Source: Prochlorococcus sp. AG-355-B18 (lineage in GTDB: Bacteria > Cyanobacteriota > Cyanobacteriia > PCC-6307 > Cyanobiaceae). Taken from it: DNA of 64,000 nucleotides. Below the pieces are notes generated by a model, which did no database searches, had not been told where the DNA came from, and saw only the letters and a list, made by a program, of their open reading frames with translations. Below are positions 9,905-22,134 of this stretch, one piece after another. Location of the stretch: positions 1 to 64,000 of the forward strand of contig QCDI01000001.1 of the NCBI GenBank assembly GCA_003280965.1, in the 5' to 3' direction. Made by a program: the position numbers and the translations under genes. Numbering within the stretch: position 1 is the stretch's first letter; the number at the start of each line of letters is the position of its first letter.

Positions 9905-11323
9905 ATTATTTCATTCCTCTTAAAGAAAATTTGCTGTATTGGTGCGGGATATGTTGGGGGACCAACAATGTCTGTTATAGCTGATAATTGTCCTGATATT
10001 GAAGTTACACTTGTAGATATAGATCATAAAAAAATTGCAGCATGGAATGATAAGAATTTAAATAATTTGCCAATTTTTGAGCCAGGGCTTAAAGAAGTCG
10101 TTTCGAGAAATAGAAATAAAAATTTATTTTTTTCAACTGATATTGAGAATTCTATAAAAAATGCCGATATGGTTTTTATATCTGTGAATACTCCTACAAA
10201 AAATAAAGGGTTTGGAGCAGGATATGCAAGTGATTTGAAATGGGTTGAGTCCTGTGCAAGACAAGTTTCAAAATATTCCAAAGGGCATACAATTATTGTA
10301 GAAAAGAGTACCGTTCCTGTTAAAACTGCCGAACTGATTGAGGAAATTTTGGTTTCAAATAAGAAAGTAAAAAGTGTTAATAAAAAAACTTTTTCTGTTC
10401 TTTCAAGTCCTGAATTTTTAGCAGAAGGAACTGCTATCAAGGATCTTGAGAATCCAGATAGAGTTTTGATTGGAGGCTCTGATAAATTTGCAATAAATCA
10501 ATTAAAAGATATTTATTTAAGATGGATTCCTGAGGAGAAAATTTTGTTGACAAATATTTGGAGTAGTGAACTATCTAAATTAATCGCCAATGCGTTTTTG
10601 GCTCAAAGAGTAAGTTCTATTAATTCAATATCAGCATTATGTGAATCGACTGGGGCAGATATCAAGGAAGTTGTAAAAGCAATTGGTTCAGATAAAAGAA
10701 TAGGTAATAAGTTTTTATCTCCAGGCCCAGGTTTTGGAGGAAGCTGTTTTAAAAAAGATATTTTGAATCTTGTTTATTTATGTCGATTTTATAAATTAGA
10801 TACTGTTGCAGAATATTGGGAGCAGGTGATGCTAATAAATAATTGGCAGAAACAAAGAATATCATCGCTTGTAGTTGAGAAATTATATGGAACAGTTTCT
10901 AATAAAAAAATTTTAATGCTTGGATTCTCCTTTAAATCAAATACAAACGATACTAGAGAGTCTCCTGCTATAGGAATAGCAAAAGATTTAATTGAGAATG
11001 GTGCAGAATTATTATTAAATGATCCTAAAGTTACAAAAAATCAGATTGAAAAAGAAATAGGAATAAGGGAATTAGAAATTGATAAAAGTTCCTTTGGTAA
11101 ATGGGAATTCGTCACTGACATTTATGATGCTTCTACTGGAGCAGATGCAGTGATCTTAATAACAGATTGGGATAAGTACGAGGATTTGAATTGGGAAAAG
11201 ATATCTAATTTATTAAGGAAACCTTCTTGGATATTTGATACCAGAGGCATAATTTCTGATGATTTATTACATAAAATTGATAGTAATTTTTGGCAAGTTG
11301 GATATCCAATACCTAATTGTTGA
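9905..11323 (+). CDS. ugd: UDP-glucose 6-dehydrogenase (start codon uncertain)
   Basis: KICCIGAGYVGGPT lies in frame upstream of ATG 9968; PEFLAEG, GFGGSCFKKD, FKSNTNDTRES. Confidence 0.9.
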   Translation: MISFLLKKICCIGAGYVGGPTMSVIADNCPDIEVTLVDIDHKKIAAWNDKNLNNLPIFEPGLKEVVSRNRNKNLFFSTDIENSIKNADMVFISVNTPTKNKGFGAGYASDLKWVESCARQVSKYSKGHTIIVEKSTVPVKTAELIEEILVSNKKVKSVNKKTFSVLSSPEFLAEGTAIKDLENPDRVLIGGSDKFAINQLKDIYLRWIPEEKILLTNIWSSELSKLIANAFLAQRVSSINSISALCESTGADIKEVVKAIGSDKRIGNKFLSPGPGFGGSCFKKDILNLVYLCRFYKLDTVAEYWEQVMLINNWQKQRISSLVVEKLYGTVSNKKILMLGFSFKSNTNDTRESPAIGIAKDLIENGAELLLNDPKVTKNQIEKEIGIRELEIDKSSFGKWEFVTDIYDASTGADAVILITDWDKYEDLNWEKISNLLRKPSWIFDTRGIISDDLLHKIDSNFWQVGYPIPNC

Positions 11324-11338
11324 AACAAAAATTAAAAA

Positions 11339-11412
<74 letters not shown>

Positions 11413-11543
11413 ACATATTTATTATATCGGACAATAAGGTCTAAAATTTACAAAGATATGTTGATAACAATTTTTTTATTTGTGATATAACATTCTTTTT
11501 TAGGATAATCTCCTAAAATTAAATTTAATGTTGTTATTTTGAT

Positions 11544-12215
11544 TTGGCTAAAAGACTTACTGAAAAACAAAAAGAAGAAATAAAAATTAATTTTTTAGAT
11601 AATCAATCTGTTGAGTTTTTATCTGAAAAGTTTAACTGCACTAAAGCGACGATAATAAGAAATTTAAAAAAAAGCCTTGGAGAAATAAAATATAAAGAAA
11701 TTCTCAATAGATTTAATGCAATATTCGATATAAAAGATGAAAAATTGCTTGAAAATGAAAAACAAACTAATGAGAAAAATAAAATAAATAAACCTGAAAA
11801 TAATTCAATATCAACAGGTAGATCAAATGAAGATAAAATTGATCCTTTTGAATCTTTTATAGAAATAACTCCTTTGGATCATGACTTTGAAGATATTTCT
11901 CAGAAAGATATTTCTTCGATACCTCTCTCAGAGATAAAATTACCTAATTTAGTTTTTTTAATTGTCAAAAAAGAAATTGAACTAGAGACTAAGTATTTAA
12001 AGGATTATCCTGAATGGCAATTTTTACCTCAAAATGATTTGAAAAGAAAAACTATAGAAATTCATTTTGATTTGAAAACCGCAAAGCGTATGTGTAATAA
12101 AGACCAGAAAGTGATAAAAGTTCCTAATACTGATGTATTTAGAATTGTTGCTCCTATATTGATCTCACGTGGAATATCTAGATTAGTTACTGCTGAAAAT
12201 TTGATTTCTATCTAA
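11544..12215 (+). CDS. Conserved hypothetical protein with N-terminal helix-turn-helix
   Basis: 223-aa ORF; LSEKFNCTKATIIRNLK HTH-like segment. Confidence 0.7.
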   Translation: MAKRLTEKQKEEIKINFLDNQSVEFLSEKFNCTKATIIRNLKKSLGEIKYKEILNRFNAIFDIKDEKLLENEKQTNEKNKINKPENNSISTGRSNEDKIDPFESFIEITPLDHDFEDISQKDISSIPLSEIKLPNLVFLIVKKEIELETKYLKDYPEWQFLPQNDLKRKTIEIHFDLKTAKRMCNKDQKVIKVPNTDVFRIVAPILISRGISRLVTAENLISI

Positions 12216-12442
12216 CTATCAATCTTTTTGTTATTAAAGAAAATAGGTATACAGCTTCCTGTTATTGAACCTGTTATGAAACTTAATCCAACAATAAAGC
12301 TTATTGGTAAGGCTATAGTTTCATTTTTAAACAATTTAACTTTGCTTTCACTTGAGCTATTTTGTATGCCAATTATCAAAAATAAGAATAAACATGAATT
12401 GAAGGTAATTGAAAAAAATAATTTTTTAAAAGCCTCAGACAT
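12212..12442 (-). CDS. Small two-TM membrane protein (LapA/DUF1049-like)
   Basis: Two hydrophobic segments around a GIQN motif. Confidence 0.6.
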   Translation of the reverse strand: MSEAFKKLFFSITFNSCLFLFLIIGIQNSSSESKVKLFKNETIALPISFIVGLSFITGSITGSCIPIFFNNKKIDS

Positions 12443-12463
12443 ATCTTACATGACCCAATATTT

Positions 12464-13327
12464 CTAATATAGATTATAAATTATGTTTTTTGGAATACCA
12501 TTTTTTTTGGCTAAGTATTTAGATGCCGATGATAAATTTAAACCTGCATTAATCAACTCCTTAAGTTCATTCTTTAAAATTATTAGATTTATATCTTGAT
12601 TTTTTGAATGGTTTATTCCTCTAATCAATACAGTTATCTCTCCTATAATTTCTTTATTTTTTATATTCTCTATAACTTCATTAATGTTATTGCCCATATG
12701 CTCCTCAAACTTTTTGGTTAATTCGCGATAAAGTTGAATTTCTCTATCACCTCCGCAAAAATTTTTTAAATCTACTAAGAATTTATTAATTCTATGAGGT
12801 GACTCATAAATTATGGTAGTTTTAGTGTTTTTGCTGATATCAAAAAGTATTTTATTTCTCTCACTTTGTTTCTTTGGTAGAAAACCCTCAAAGATAAATG
12901 TTGATGACTCTAGTCCACTAGAAACTAAAGCGGTCAGAGCTGCGCAAGGGCCTGGGATACAAATAGTTTTTAATTTATTTAATTTTACTTCTCTGACAAG
13001 ATTTTCTCCCGGATCGCAAATGCTTGGCATCCCTGCATCACTAACTAGTGCAATTGAATTACCGTTCTTGAGTTGATTAATTATTATTGGGATTTTTTTT
13101 ATTGAGTTGTGCATATTAAAACTTATAAGATTATTTTTTATTGAATATTTATTCATTATTTTTTGAGTATGTCTAGTATCTTCGCAAGCTACCAGTGAAA
13201 CATTTTTAAGAGTATTCAAAGCTCTTAAAGAAATATCATATAAATTTCCAATAGGAGTTCCTACTATATATAAAATTCCGCTTTCAGGTTTTTGATCTAT
13301 ATGAGAAAATAGAGAATCGATATTCAT
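12464..13327 (-). CDS. rsmI: 16S rRNA (cytidine1402-2'-O)-methyltransferase
   Basis: GTPIGNL, CEDTR, VSDAGMP, YESPHR, RELTKKFEE. Confidence 0.93.
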   Translation of the reverse strand: MNIDSLFSHIDQKPESGILYIVGTPIGNLYDISLRALNTLKNVSLVACEDTRHTQKIMNKYSIKNNLISFNMHNSIKKIPIIINQLKNGNSIALVSDAGMPSICDPGENLVREVKLNKLKTICIPGPCAALTALVSSGLESSTFIFEGFLPKKQSERNKILFDISKNTKTTIIYESPHRINKFLVDLKNFCGGDREIQLYRELTKKFEEHMGNNINEVIENIKNKEIIGEITVLIRGINHSKNQDINLIILKNELKELINAGLNLSSASKYLAKKNGIPKNIIYNLY

Positions 13328-13331
13328 TTAT

Positions 13332-14240
13332 GTGACTAAGTTACCTTTTGGTTTAGATATTAATAATCTTATCGATGATTTGAGGATTTTAAGCTGGGAA
13401 GCCGCAGATATATTGATTTATTATTCAAATCTCATTAGAAATCCAAAAGAAAAAGCTAATATTATTCAAAATAAAACTCCTGAGGATCCCGTAACTCTTG
13501 CAGATTTAAAAGTAAATGAGATGATCATAAATGGAATAAGTAAAAATTACAAAAATATTGGTTGGGACATTTTAAGCGAGGAGAATGCAAAGGACGAGTC
13601 AAATTTTTTTGAAGCAAAATCTGACTGGTGTTGGGTTTTAGATCCTTTAGATGGTACAAAGGATTTTATCCAAGGAACTGGTAATTATGCGATGCATTTG
13701 GCATTGAATTATAAGCAAAAGCCGTTAATTGGAGTTGTTCTTATCCCTGAGAAGAATCAATTATGGATCTCTAATGGTAGAAAAAGTTGGTGTGAATCAA
13801 GAGATGGAACTTACTTAAAAACTGATCTTCTGCAAAATAAGAGGAGAATTCATGATATGACAATTGTTACAAGTAAAAATCATAGTAATCAAACTCTAAA
13901 AAAGGTAATTGAAAAATTAAACTTCAAAGATCAAATTGTTATGGGAAGTGTTGGGTGTAAAATTGCTTCAATTTTAAGAGGAGAGAGTAATATCTATATT
14001 TGTTTGAGCCTGCCAGGTAAGAGTTCTCCTAAAGACTGGGACTTTGCTGCTCCAGAAGCCATCTTAAAAACTGCTGGCGGTTCTTTGACAAATCTAAATA
14101 ATGATGAATTATCCTATGGAGGCTCAAATTTTGAGCAAGGTGGAATAATAGTTGCTACAAGTGGGAAAATTTCTCATAAAAGTATATGCTCGCAAATAAT
14201 GCAAGTTATTAGAAAATTCGATTTATATCCTTTCGATTAA
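13332..14240 (+). CDS. cysQ: 3'(2'),5'-bisphosphate nucleotidase CysQ
   Basis: [24 protein letters not shown]. Confidence 0.85.
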   Translation: MTKLPFGLDINNLIDDLRILSWEAADILIYYSNLIRNPKEKANIIQNKTPEDPVTLADLKVNEMIINGISKNYKNIGWDILSEENAKDESNFFEAKSDWCWVLDPLDGTKDFIQGTGNYAMHLALNYKQKPLIGVVLIPEKNQLWISNGRKSWCESRDGTYLKTDLLQNKRRIHDMTIVTSKNHSNQTLKKVIEKLNFKDQIVMGSVGCKIASILRGESNIYICLSLPGKSSPKDWDFAAPEAILKTAGGSLTNLNNDELSYGGSNFEQGGIIVATSGKISHKSICSQIMQVIRKFDLYPFD

Positions 14241-16402
14241 TTAAGAGGTGCTACTGGTGTTGGAGTTGGTTCTGGATAGGACATCCCATTATTCTGACCA
14301 ACACCTCTAAGGGTTAAATTAATCCTGCCTCTACTATCAATTTCCCGAACTCTTACTGTTACCTCATCACCTTGCCTAACAACGTCCTCAACCCTTTCGA
14401 CTCTAGCCTCTGATAACTGTGATATGTGAACCATACCCTCTTTACCAGGTAGTATTTCAACGAAGGCTCCTATAGGAATAATTCTTGTAACTACTCCTGA
14501 AAAGATTTCACCTTCGTGAACCTTTCTTGTTAGGCCTTCTATTATCTTCTGAGCTTCCTCTGCAGCTGCTCCGTCATGGGAGGCTATTGTAACAATTCCC
14601 CCATCTTCGATATCAATTTTGGTATTTGTCCTTTCTGTAATACCTTTGATAGTTCTTCCACCTGGACCGATCACAGTACCTATAAGTTCAGGATCAATTC
14701 TGAAACTTAAAAGTCTTGGGGCATGAGGAGATAATGATTCTTTAGGTTTTTCAATTGCTTCCTGCATTTTTTCCAATATATGTAATCTTGCGGGACGAGC
14801 TTTTTTTATGGCATCGGAAATTACAGAAACTGGTAATCCTGTAATTTTCATATCCATTTGCAATGCTGTTATTCCTTTTTCAGTTCCTGCAACTTTAAAG
14901 TCCATATCTCCAAGGAAATCTTCAATTCCTTGAATATCTGTAAGAATTCTAATCTCTTTGCCTTCTTTAATTAGGCCCATCGCAGTTCCGCTCACTGGGG
15001 CTTTTAAAGGAACACCAGCATCTAGTAAAGATAGCGTACTTCCACAAACAGATCCCATTGATGTAGATCCATTAGAACTTAAAACTTCACTTACTACTCT
15101 TAGAACATAAGGGAATGTTTCTTTCCCTGGTAGAACAGGTATTATGGCTCTTTCAGCTAGGGCTCCATGACCAATCTCTCTCCTTCCAGGAGTCCTCATT
15201 GGCCGGGTCTCACCCACTGAATAAGGAGGAAAGTTATAGTGGTGTAAATAAGTCTTTTCAGTACTTGGATTAAGATCATCCATCTCTTGAGCATCACTAG
15301 GAGTGCCAAGCGTAGTTGTTGATAATACTTGCGTTAAACCTCTTTGAAATAAAGCTGAACCGTGAACTCTTTTTGGGAGTATTCCTGCAGCAGCTGATAT
15401 TTTTCTTACTTCGTCTAGATCCCTACCATCAACCCTTTTCCCATCATTAATGATTTGTGATCTCATTAATTTTTTGGTTAATTTTTTAAAATCAGAATGT
15501 ATTAATTTATCATTTTCTGCAGTGAGTAATTTCAGTTGATTATCATCTTTAAGAGAATCTATTTTATTTTGAACATCTGCTTTTACTTTCTCAAGTTCTA
15601 GATCTCTTTCTTCTTTTGACTGATCAAATTTCTTTAAAATTAAATCAATAGGCTTAGAGCAATTTTTCTCTAGATAACTTATCAGGGTGTCGTCTTGCTC
15701 AGGATCTTCAGGTTTTGCTTGCTTGATCCCTAATTCTTCCAGAAGGTTTTCTTGAGATTTAATTAATTCAGTAACAGCTTCATAACCGAAATCTATAGCT
15801 TCAATAGTGTCTTGTTCAGAAAGTTGGTTTGCACCAGCCTCAATCATTACAATTCCTTCGTTTGACCCTGCGACAACTATATCAAGATCACCCTTTTCCA
15901 TTTCGCGGTAACTTGGATTAAGGATAAAATCATCTCCTAAAAGGCCAACTCTTACTGCAGCCATTGGCCCGTAAAAAGGTATCTCTCCCAATAGTGTTGC
16001 TATTGATGCTCCAGTCACAGCAAGAACATCTGCAGGCACCCTTTCATCCAGAGAAAGACAAGAAGCTACAATTTGGATCTCATCTCTCATCCAACTAGGG
16101 AAAAGTGGTCTCATAGGCCTATCAATTAATCTTGCTATTAATGTGGCTCTTTCTGGAGGACGCCCCTCTCTTCTCATGAATCCACCAGGGATCCTACCTG
16201 CAGCATATAGTTTTTCCTCATAGTCGCAGATTAGAGGCAAAAAGTCTGAAGCTTCTTTTTTTGTGGTTTTTGTTGCAGTAACTAATAAGGAGGTGTCTCC
16301 ACATTCAATCAACACTGATCCATTTGCCTGAGGAGCATATAGTCCTGTAGTTAGTCGTATCTCTCGTCCGTCAAACGTGATCGACTTATTTTGTCCTTCC
16401 AC
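14237..16402 (-). CDS. pnp: Polyribonucleotide nucleotidyltransferase
   Basis: Two RNase PH domains, KH (IGPGG) and S1 domains. Confidence 0.98.
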   Translation of the reverse strand: MEGQNKSITFDGREIRLTTGLYAPQANGSVLIECGDTSLLVTATKTTKKEASDFLPLICDYEEKLYAAGRIPGGFMRREGRPPERATLIARLIDRPMRPLFPSWMRDEIQIVASCLSLDERVPADVLAVTGASIATLLGEIPFYGPMAAVRVGLLGDDFILNPSYREMEKGDLDIVVAGSNEGIVMIEAGANQLSEQDTIEAIDFGYEAVTELIKSQENLLEELGIKQAKPEDPEQDDTLISYLEKNCSKPIDLILKKFDQSKEERDLELEKVKADVQNKIDSLKDDNQLKLLTAENDKLIHSDFKKLTKKLMRSQIINDGKRVDGRDLDEVRKISAAAGILPKRVHGSALFQRGLTQVLSTTTLGTPSDAQEMDDLNPSTEKTYLHHYNFPPYSVGETRPMRTPGRREIGHGALAERAIIPVLPGKETFPYVLRVVSEVLSSNGSTSMGSVCGSTLSLLDAGVPLKAPVSGTAMGLIKEGKEIRILTDIQGIEDFLGDMDFKVAGTEKGITALQMDMKITGLPVSVISDAIKKARPARLHILEKMQEAIEKPKESLSPHAPRLLSFRIDPELIGTVIGPGGRTIKGITERTNTKIDIEDGGIVTIASHDGAAAEEAQKIIEGLTRKVHEGEIFSGVVTRIIPIGAFVEILPGKEGMVHISQLSEARVERVEDVVRQGDEVTVRVREIDSRGRINLTLRGVGQNNGMSYPEPTPTPVAPLN

Positions 16403-16579
16403 TTTTTAAATTATGAATTCGTATACATAATTTATTCTTACATTTAATAGGGACATATTGAGTATTTATTTAAATATGATTTAATTTTTCTTTGGAGTTA
16501 AACATTGAAACTGTCTACCATCCCTTCCGAGAACTTGATTTTAGAAAAAATCAGGTGGTGAAATACTAATAAAAATTTA

Positions 16580-16882
16580 TTACCAACTTGATTTTACAAC
16601 GCCTGGCAATTCTCCATTATGAGCTCTTTGCCTTAATTGGTTTCTACACAATCCAAAATCTCTATATACACCTCTAGGCTTGCCAGTTGCCCAACATCTA
16701 TTTCTAACTCTATTTGGAGCTGAGTTTCTAGGTAATCCTTGAATCTTTCTATGAATTTCTAATCTTTCCATAGGATCTTTCGCAGCATTAAATTCATCTA
16801 ATAATGATTTTCTTTTTGCAGCATATTTCTTAACTAGCTTTTTGCGTTTGACCTCTCTAGCGATCATGGACTTTTTCGCCAT
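16580..16882 (-). CDS. rpsN: 30S ribosomal protein S14
   Basis: [10 protein letters not shown]...LPGVVKSSW. Confidence 0.98.
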   Translation of the reverse strand: MAKKSMIAREVKRKKLVKKYAAKRKSLLDEFNAAKDPMERLEIHRKIQGLPRNSAPNRVRNRCWATGKPRGVYRDFGLCRNQLRQRAHNGELPGVVKSSW

Positions 16883-16943
16883 TTAAATAATTTAAAAACT
16901 TTTTACTATATTAACAGCTCGAATTACTCTTTTTGAAATTTAT

Positions 16944-18023
16944 TTATTGGTTTAATAATCTTTGTACTATCAAAAGCTGACTAGTATCCCTAATAATCAG
17001 GAGTACACTTAGTCCAACTAGAAGAAAAAAACTGGATTGAGTAACAACCATCTGTACCTTAACTGGAACAGGTTTTCCTCTAAAACCCTCAATCAAAGTG
17101 AAAACAAGTTGTCCACCATCCAAAAGTGGTAAAGGCAATGAATTGAGTACAGCTAAATTTATAGAAATTAAAGCGGCAAATAACAATATTCCAGTTCCGC
17201 CTTGTTGAGATAGTTGAGCACCAATTTCAACAATCTTGACCGGTCCGCTTAATTGTTGAGCTGTTGATGAGAAATTTGTTATTAATCCTTTATAACCTTG
17301 AATTGTTTTTACCAAGAGAGATGAAAACTGATTATTGGTATATTTAAAAAGTTCATAAATGTTTTTTGTTTTTTTAGTTTCTTTTTTTATATTGGGCTGC
17401 AATTGAGCACCTATGGTGCCTTTTCCATCGATATTTTTTGGTATCAAAGTTAAATCTTTAAAAATTCCATCCCTCTCAATTTTTATTGAGATTGGTTGCT
17501 CTGATGAATTTTGAATCTCTTTTACTAAAGTGGAAACAGCTTGATCTCCAACTCCTAGAGTATTAGTTTCAATTGCTAAGATTTTGTCTCCTGGCTCTAA
17601 TCCTGCAAGATAAGCAGCCTTCTCGGGCTGTGTAGCTAACACTAAAATACCAGGTTCAGGATCAAAAGGAATTCCCACAGTAGTTACATTTATAATCAAT
17701 ATTGAATATGCAAGAATTAAGTTGGCGAAGACTCCAGCAGAGATTACAATGACTCTCTGAACTATTGGCCTATTTTTTAAAAGATTTGGATCTTTAGCAT
17801 CAATATTATTAAGTTCTTCATCAGGGAAGGAAACAAAGCCCCCTAAAGGAAAAGCTCTAAATGAATAAGTAATATCTTTATATTTTTTCTGAATTATTGA
17901 TGGTCCAAACCCAATTGAGAATCCATCAACATAGATACCCTGTAAAATGGCTGCAAGAAAATGTCCCATCTCATGAAAAAAAATGAGAAATCCCAGAACT
18001 GTTATTGAGGTTAAAACATTCAT
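16944..18023 (-). CDS. rseP: RIP metalloprotease RseP
   Basis: HEMGH, PDZ region, NSLPLPLLDGG. Confidence 0.93.
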   Translation of the reverse strand: MNVLTSITVLGFLIFFHEMGHFLAAILQGIYVDGFSIGFGPSIIQKKYKDITYSFRAFPLGGFVSFPDEELNNIDAKDPNLLKNRPIVQRVIVISAGVFANLILAYSILIINVTTVGIPFDPEPGILVLATQPEKAAYLAGLEPGDKILAIETNTLGVGDQAVSTLVKEIQNSSEQPISIKIERDGIFKDLTLIPKNIDGKGTIGAQLQPNIKKETKKTKNIYELFKYTNNQFSSLLVKTIQGYKGLITNFSSTAQQLSGPVKIVEIGAQLSQQGGTGILLFAALISINLAVLNSLPLPLLDGGQLVFTLIEGFRGKPVPVKVQMVVTQSSFFLLVGLSVLLIIRDTSQLLIVQRLLNQ

Positions 18024-18032
18024 TTTTTTATG

Positions 18033-19310
18033 TTAATTAGTTTTTAAAAAATTTGACCCAAAATATGGAACTAAAGCATCCGGAATCTTCACGCTTCCAT
18101 CAGTTTGTTGGCCATTTTCAAGAATCGCAGCCATTGTTCTCCCAATTGCAAGGCCACTGCCATTTAGGGTATGCAAATATGTATTTTTTTTGTCAATTTT
18201 TGTTCTTATTGATGATCTGCGTGCTTGAAAGTCTAAACAATTGCTGCAACTTGAAATTTCCCTATAACATTTACTACTAGGCAACCAAACTTCAAGATCA
18301 AAAGTTCTACTAGAAGAAAACCCTAAGTCTCCTGTACATATATCTACCAATCTGTAAGGTAGTTTTAGCTTTTTTAAAATGCTTTCCGCATCAGAAGTAA
18401 TATTTTTATGAGCTTCTTGGGATTTACTTGGGTCACAAAACCAATATAGCTCAACCTTATTAAATTGATGAAGTCTTATTAAACCTTTGGTATCTCTCCC
18501 ATAACTTCCAGCTTCTCTTCTGAAACATGGGCTATATGCAACATACTTAATAGGTAAAAGTTTTGGATCAATAATCTCATTTTTATGAAAAGCAGTTAGT
18601 GGAACTTCAGCTGTTGGAGAAAGCCACAAATCATCATTAGAGCACTTAAAACTCTCGTTGGAAAATTTAGGTAATTGCCCAGATCCTTGAAGACTTTCTG
18701 AATTTATTAAAGCCGGAGGTATTAACTCTAAATAACCATTTTTAGTATGCATGTCGAGCATGAAATTAATCAATGCCCTCTCTAATTTGGCGCCATTCCC
18801 AATAAGTGTAATAAAACGACTTTTTGAAATTTTAGTTGATTTTATAGAGTCAAAAAGGTTTAGACTTTCGCCTATTTCCCAGTGAGATCTAAGGTTATCT
18901 TTTCTTAAAGGATCTCCCCAAGTTTTCACTTCGATATTATTACTTTCATCTTTTCCAATAGGTGCATCTTTGCTCGGAAAATTTGGTAAGTTACTAATCT
19001 CAATATGTATTTGTTTGTCTAATGTTCTTTTTTTCTCCTCATATTCAGAAATTCTGGTTCTGTAATCGTTTCCTTTTTTCTTTAAATTAGTTAGTTCTGG
19101 AGAATTATTGTTTTGTGATTTGCTAATTTCTTGACCAATTAATTTACTTAATTGTTTGCTTTCAGATTGGAGACTGGATATTTCTATATCAATCTCTTTT
19201 TTTTTAACAGTTAATTCGTGAATATGGGATATCTGATAAACTTTTCCTCTTAGGGATAAATTCTCTTCAACAGATGTTGGATTTTCTCTTATTAATTTTT
19301 GATCTAACAC
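18033..19310 (-). CDS. serS: Serine-tRNA ligase
   Basis: [30 protein letters not shown]. Confidence 0.98.
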   Translation of the reverse strand: MLDQKLIRENPTSVEENLSLRGKVYQISHIHELTVKKKEIDIEISSLQSESKQLSKLIGQEISKSQNNNSPELTNLKKKGNDYRTRISEYEEKKRTLDKQIHIEISNLPNFPSKDAPIGKDESNNIEVKTWGDPLRKDNLRSHWEIGESLNLFDSIKSTKISKSRFITLIGNGAKLERALINFMLDMHTKNGYLELIPPALINSESLQGSGQLPKFSNESFKCSNDDLWLSPTAEVPLTAFHKNEIIDPKLLPIKYVAYSPCFRREAGSYGRDTKGLIRLHQFNKVELYWFCDPSKSQEAHKNITSDAESILKKLKLPYRLVDICTGDLGFSSSRTFDLEVWLPSSKCYREISSCSNCLDFQARRSSIRTKIDKKNTYLHTLNGSGLAIGRTMAAILENGQQTDGSVKIPDALVPYFGSNFLKTN

Positions 19311-19437
19311 TCTTTTTTTGTTTTATACCCTTAATTAAGATAGTTAATCTAGAATCATTATTAGAGATTTTTGATGAAAAATTAACTTAATTAATGATTC
19401 CTAACTTATGCAGTATTTTTAACAAATTAGAATCTTC

Positions 19438-20904
19438 TTACGATGCAGAACGAGCCCTGCCTGTAGATGACCATTGTTTTAGTAAATCAATTTGCTCTTT
19501 GGCTGTTCTGGATAAAGGAACTAGTTCAGAAACTGCCTTTATTAAATCTTTCTCCATAAGCTCTCTATTTTCAGAGAATGAAATGTGCATACCCTCTATT
19601 ACTGCTTGTTCAAGTTCTGCCCCAGAGAATCCATCTGTTCTGTCAATAATGGTGGAGAGAGGGAAACTATAATTTGGTCTTCTTTTTTTTAAGTGCAAAT
19701 CAAGAATGCTCGATCTTTCTTCTGAATTTGGTAAATCAAGAAAAAATATCTCATCAAACCTCCCTTTTCTTAATAATTCAGCAGGAAGCTTATCTATTGC
19801 ATTAGCAGTTGCTATTACAAATACGGCAGATTCTTTTTCAGACATCCACGTTAGCAAACTTGCCAATACCCTTTGACTTGTCCCTCCATCGCTTCTAGCG
19901 TCGCCACCAAAGCCTTTATCAATTTCATCAATCCAAAGAATACAAGGGGACATTGCCTCAGCTCTAGAAATTGTTTCTCTTGTTCTTGCTTCGCTTGAAC
20001 CAACAAGGCTAGAAAATAGTCTTCCCACATCTAACCTTAAAAGCGGCATAGACCAACTCTTTGAAATTGATTTTGCCGTAAGAGATTTCCCTGTCCCTTG
20101 CGCTCCAACAAGTAAGACTCCTTTTGGGATAGGTAGTCCATAGTCTCTAGCTTCTTTAGAAAAGGCCCTGTATCTTTGATTAAGCCAAACTTTTAAAACA
20201 TTTAAACCACCAATATCATCCTGACTTGATTTGGCTTCAAAAAATTCCAAAATTTCACTTCTGGCAATAACTTGTTTTTTCTCTTCAAGAATATCTTTGA
20301 TATCCTTTTTACTTATTTTTCCTCTTTGAGCAAGTGCCTTCGCAGTTACTTGCTTTACTTTTATTTCTGTTAATCCGCTTGAAGCTATAGAAAGTTCATT
20401 TAAGTCTTGTTCATCAAGATTTGAATTAGTATTGGCAGCAATTTTTTTTATTAGATTTTTTAATTCATTTTGATTAGGTAAAGGTAAGTTTATAATTGTC
20501 ATTAATTCATCAAGCTCTTCTGATGAAGGAAATAGATGTGAACTAATTATTAGATTATGACTAGTTTCCTTAAGCGCAGAAGATAGTTCTTTGATAGTTC
20601 TATTTATATTTGGATCATCATAAAATTTATGAAAATCTTTAACCAATAATATTGTCGATGCTTCAGGATTTTGTTCTTTAAGCCAATTAAGCACTCCTAA
20701 TGGATTGTTAGAAAACTTACCTTTTTCATTTATTAATCCTCTAATACCACTTACACAATCCCAAGAAACGAATCTTTTGATATTTAACTTTTCACAAGAT
20801 AAATTAATCAACTTTTCTAATCTTTCCTCTTCTTTAGTCCTTATCCAAATTAATGAAGTTCTTGATTTTATAAGTAATTCTAAATTTCTACACCAAGAAT
20901 TCAT
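19438..20904 (-). CDS. ycf46: AAA+ ATPase, Ycf46 family
   Basis: Walker A GAQGTGKS, Walker B LWIDEIDK, LRKGRFDE. Confidence 0.85.
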   Translation of the reverse strand: MNSWCRNLELLIKSRTSLIWIRTKEEERLEKLINLSCEKLNIKRFVSWDCVSGIRGLINEKGKFSNNPLGVLNWLKEQNPEASTILLVKDFHKFYDDPNINRTIKELSSALKETSHNLIISSHLFPSSEELDELMTIINLPLPNQNELKNLIKKIAANTNSNLDEQDLNELSIASSGLTEIKVKQVTAKALAQRGKISKKDIKDILEEKKQVIARSEILEFFEAKSSQDDIGGLNVLKVWLNQRYRAFSKEARDYGLPIPKGVLLVGAQGTGKSLTAKSISKSWSMPLLRLDVGRLFSSLVGSSEARTRETISRAEAMSPCILWIDEIDKGFGGDARSDGGTSQRVLASLLTWMSEKESAVFVIATANAIDKLPAELLRKGRFDEIFFLDLPNSEERSSILDLHLKKRRPNYSFPLSTIIDRTDGFSGAELEQAVIEGMHISFSENRELMEKDLIKAVSELVPLSRTAKEQIDLLKQWSSTGRARSAS

Positions 20905-20919
20905 TATTTAGGACTAAGA

Positions 20920-22062
20920 CTATTTTTTGCTATTAGGTTCAAAAGGTAATCTTTTATTTGAGACAGTTGAAGCTGAGGTTGTTATTACTTCATTTTTGGC
21001 TAATAATTGTTGATCCAAAATTTTCTGTAGATTCTCAGGAAGAGCTTCCTTATTAAGAAGAAATGTCTGAAATGCTTGAAATATATTGGCAACAACCATA
21101 TATAGTAATACACCCGCTGGTAAAGGGAAAAACAGAAACATACCAGTAATCATGACTGGCGTAATTTTGTTTGCTGTTGATTGCTGTGGATTTGCAGGCA
21201 TACCCTGACTAGACAGAAGTTGAGAGAGAAGTAGGGTTAATCCAAAGGCGCCAACAAGTGCAGCAATATCCCAATTAATAGCCCCATCTACATAAAAACC
21301 AACCTGACCAAGAGCCTTAATAAAAAGAAAACCGCTTTTCGCAGCTAAACCAGGAATCTTTGCCTCAATTGTTGCATCTCCTGGTTTAATAGCAGTTACC
21401 GTACCATCTTGGGAAACTTTTAGATTTTCGGATCCCTTAGAAACCTTCCAAGTAGGAAGAAACTTTGATCCATTATCGTATTTTGATAAAACTTCTGAAT
21501 AACTATTTCCATTTGTTGTTTGCAAATTTATTTTGATTGATTCTTCTGTTCCTAATTTTGTTCCATTTGGTATGGTTGCTATTACAGGAAAATGAGATTT
21601 TTCTGTAATGAATATAGAGTGCCTTGGGGATTTGTAAGGTTTTGGATCAATAGCTGCAATTTGATCCTGTGGAACCACCTTAAGGTTTATGTTGTAAGGA
21701 ACATCAGCAAATGGTGAGCCTCTTAAAGTAGCAAATAATGCAAATAATACAGGCATTTGTACAATTAATGGTAGGCAACCCGCTAAAGGGCTTCCAAACT
21801 CATTCATTAGTTTTCCTAATTCTTCTTGCTGTTTCTTTGGATCACCTGAAAACTTAGATTTAATTTCTGCTTGCCTTTTTTGCATTACTGGTTGAGCAAT
21901 CTTCATTCTTCTTGCACTCCTAATGGAACCAGCGCTTAAAGGGAAAAGTGCAATTCTAATTACAACTGTTAATGCAACAATTGCTAAACCATAACTGGGA
22001 ACTAAACCGTAGAAAAAATCTAGAATCGGGATAAGTAGTTTTTCAGAAATGAACCCTATCAC
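20920..22062 (-). CDS. yidC: Membrane protein insertase YidC
   Basis: [19 protein letters not shown]; in rpmH-rnpA-yidC cluster. Confidence 0.95.
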   Translation of the reverse strand: MIGFISEKLLIPILDFFYGLVPSYGLAIVALTVVIRIALFPLSAGSIRSARRMKIAQPVMQKRQAEIKSKFSGDPKKQQEELGKLMNEFGSPLAGCLPLIVQMPVLFALFATLRGSPFADVPYNINLKVVPQDQIAAIDPKPYKSPRHSIFITEKSHFPVIATIPNGTKLGTEESIKINLQTTNGNSYSEVLSKYDNGSKFLPTWKVSKGSENLKVSQDGTVTAIKPGDATIEAKIPGLAAKSGFLFIKALGQVGFYVDGAINWDIAALVGAFGLTLLLSQLLSSQGMPANPQQSTANKITPVMITGMFLFFPLPAGVLLYMVVANIFQAFQTFLLNKEALPENLQKILDQQLLAKNEVITTSASTVSNKRLPFEPNSKK

Positions 22063-22134
22063 GATATTAAAGAGAGTGTAATTTTACTAGACATTTTATT
22101 TTACAGGAAAAAAAGGTTTTTGTAATTAATTTAA

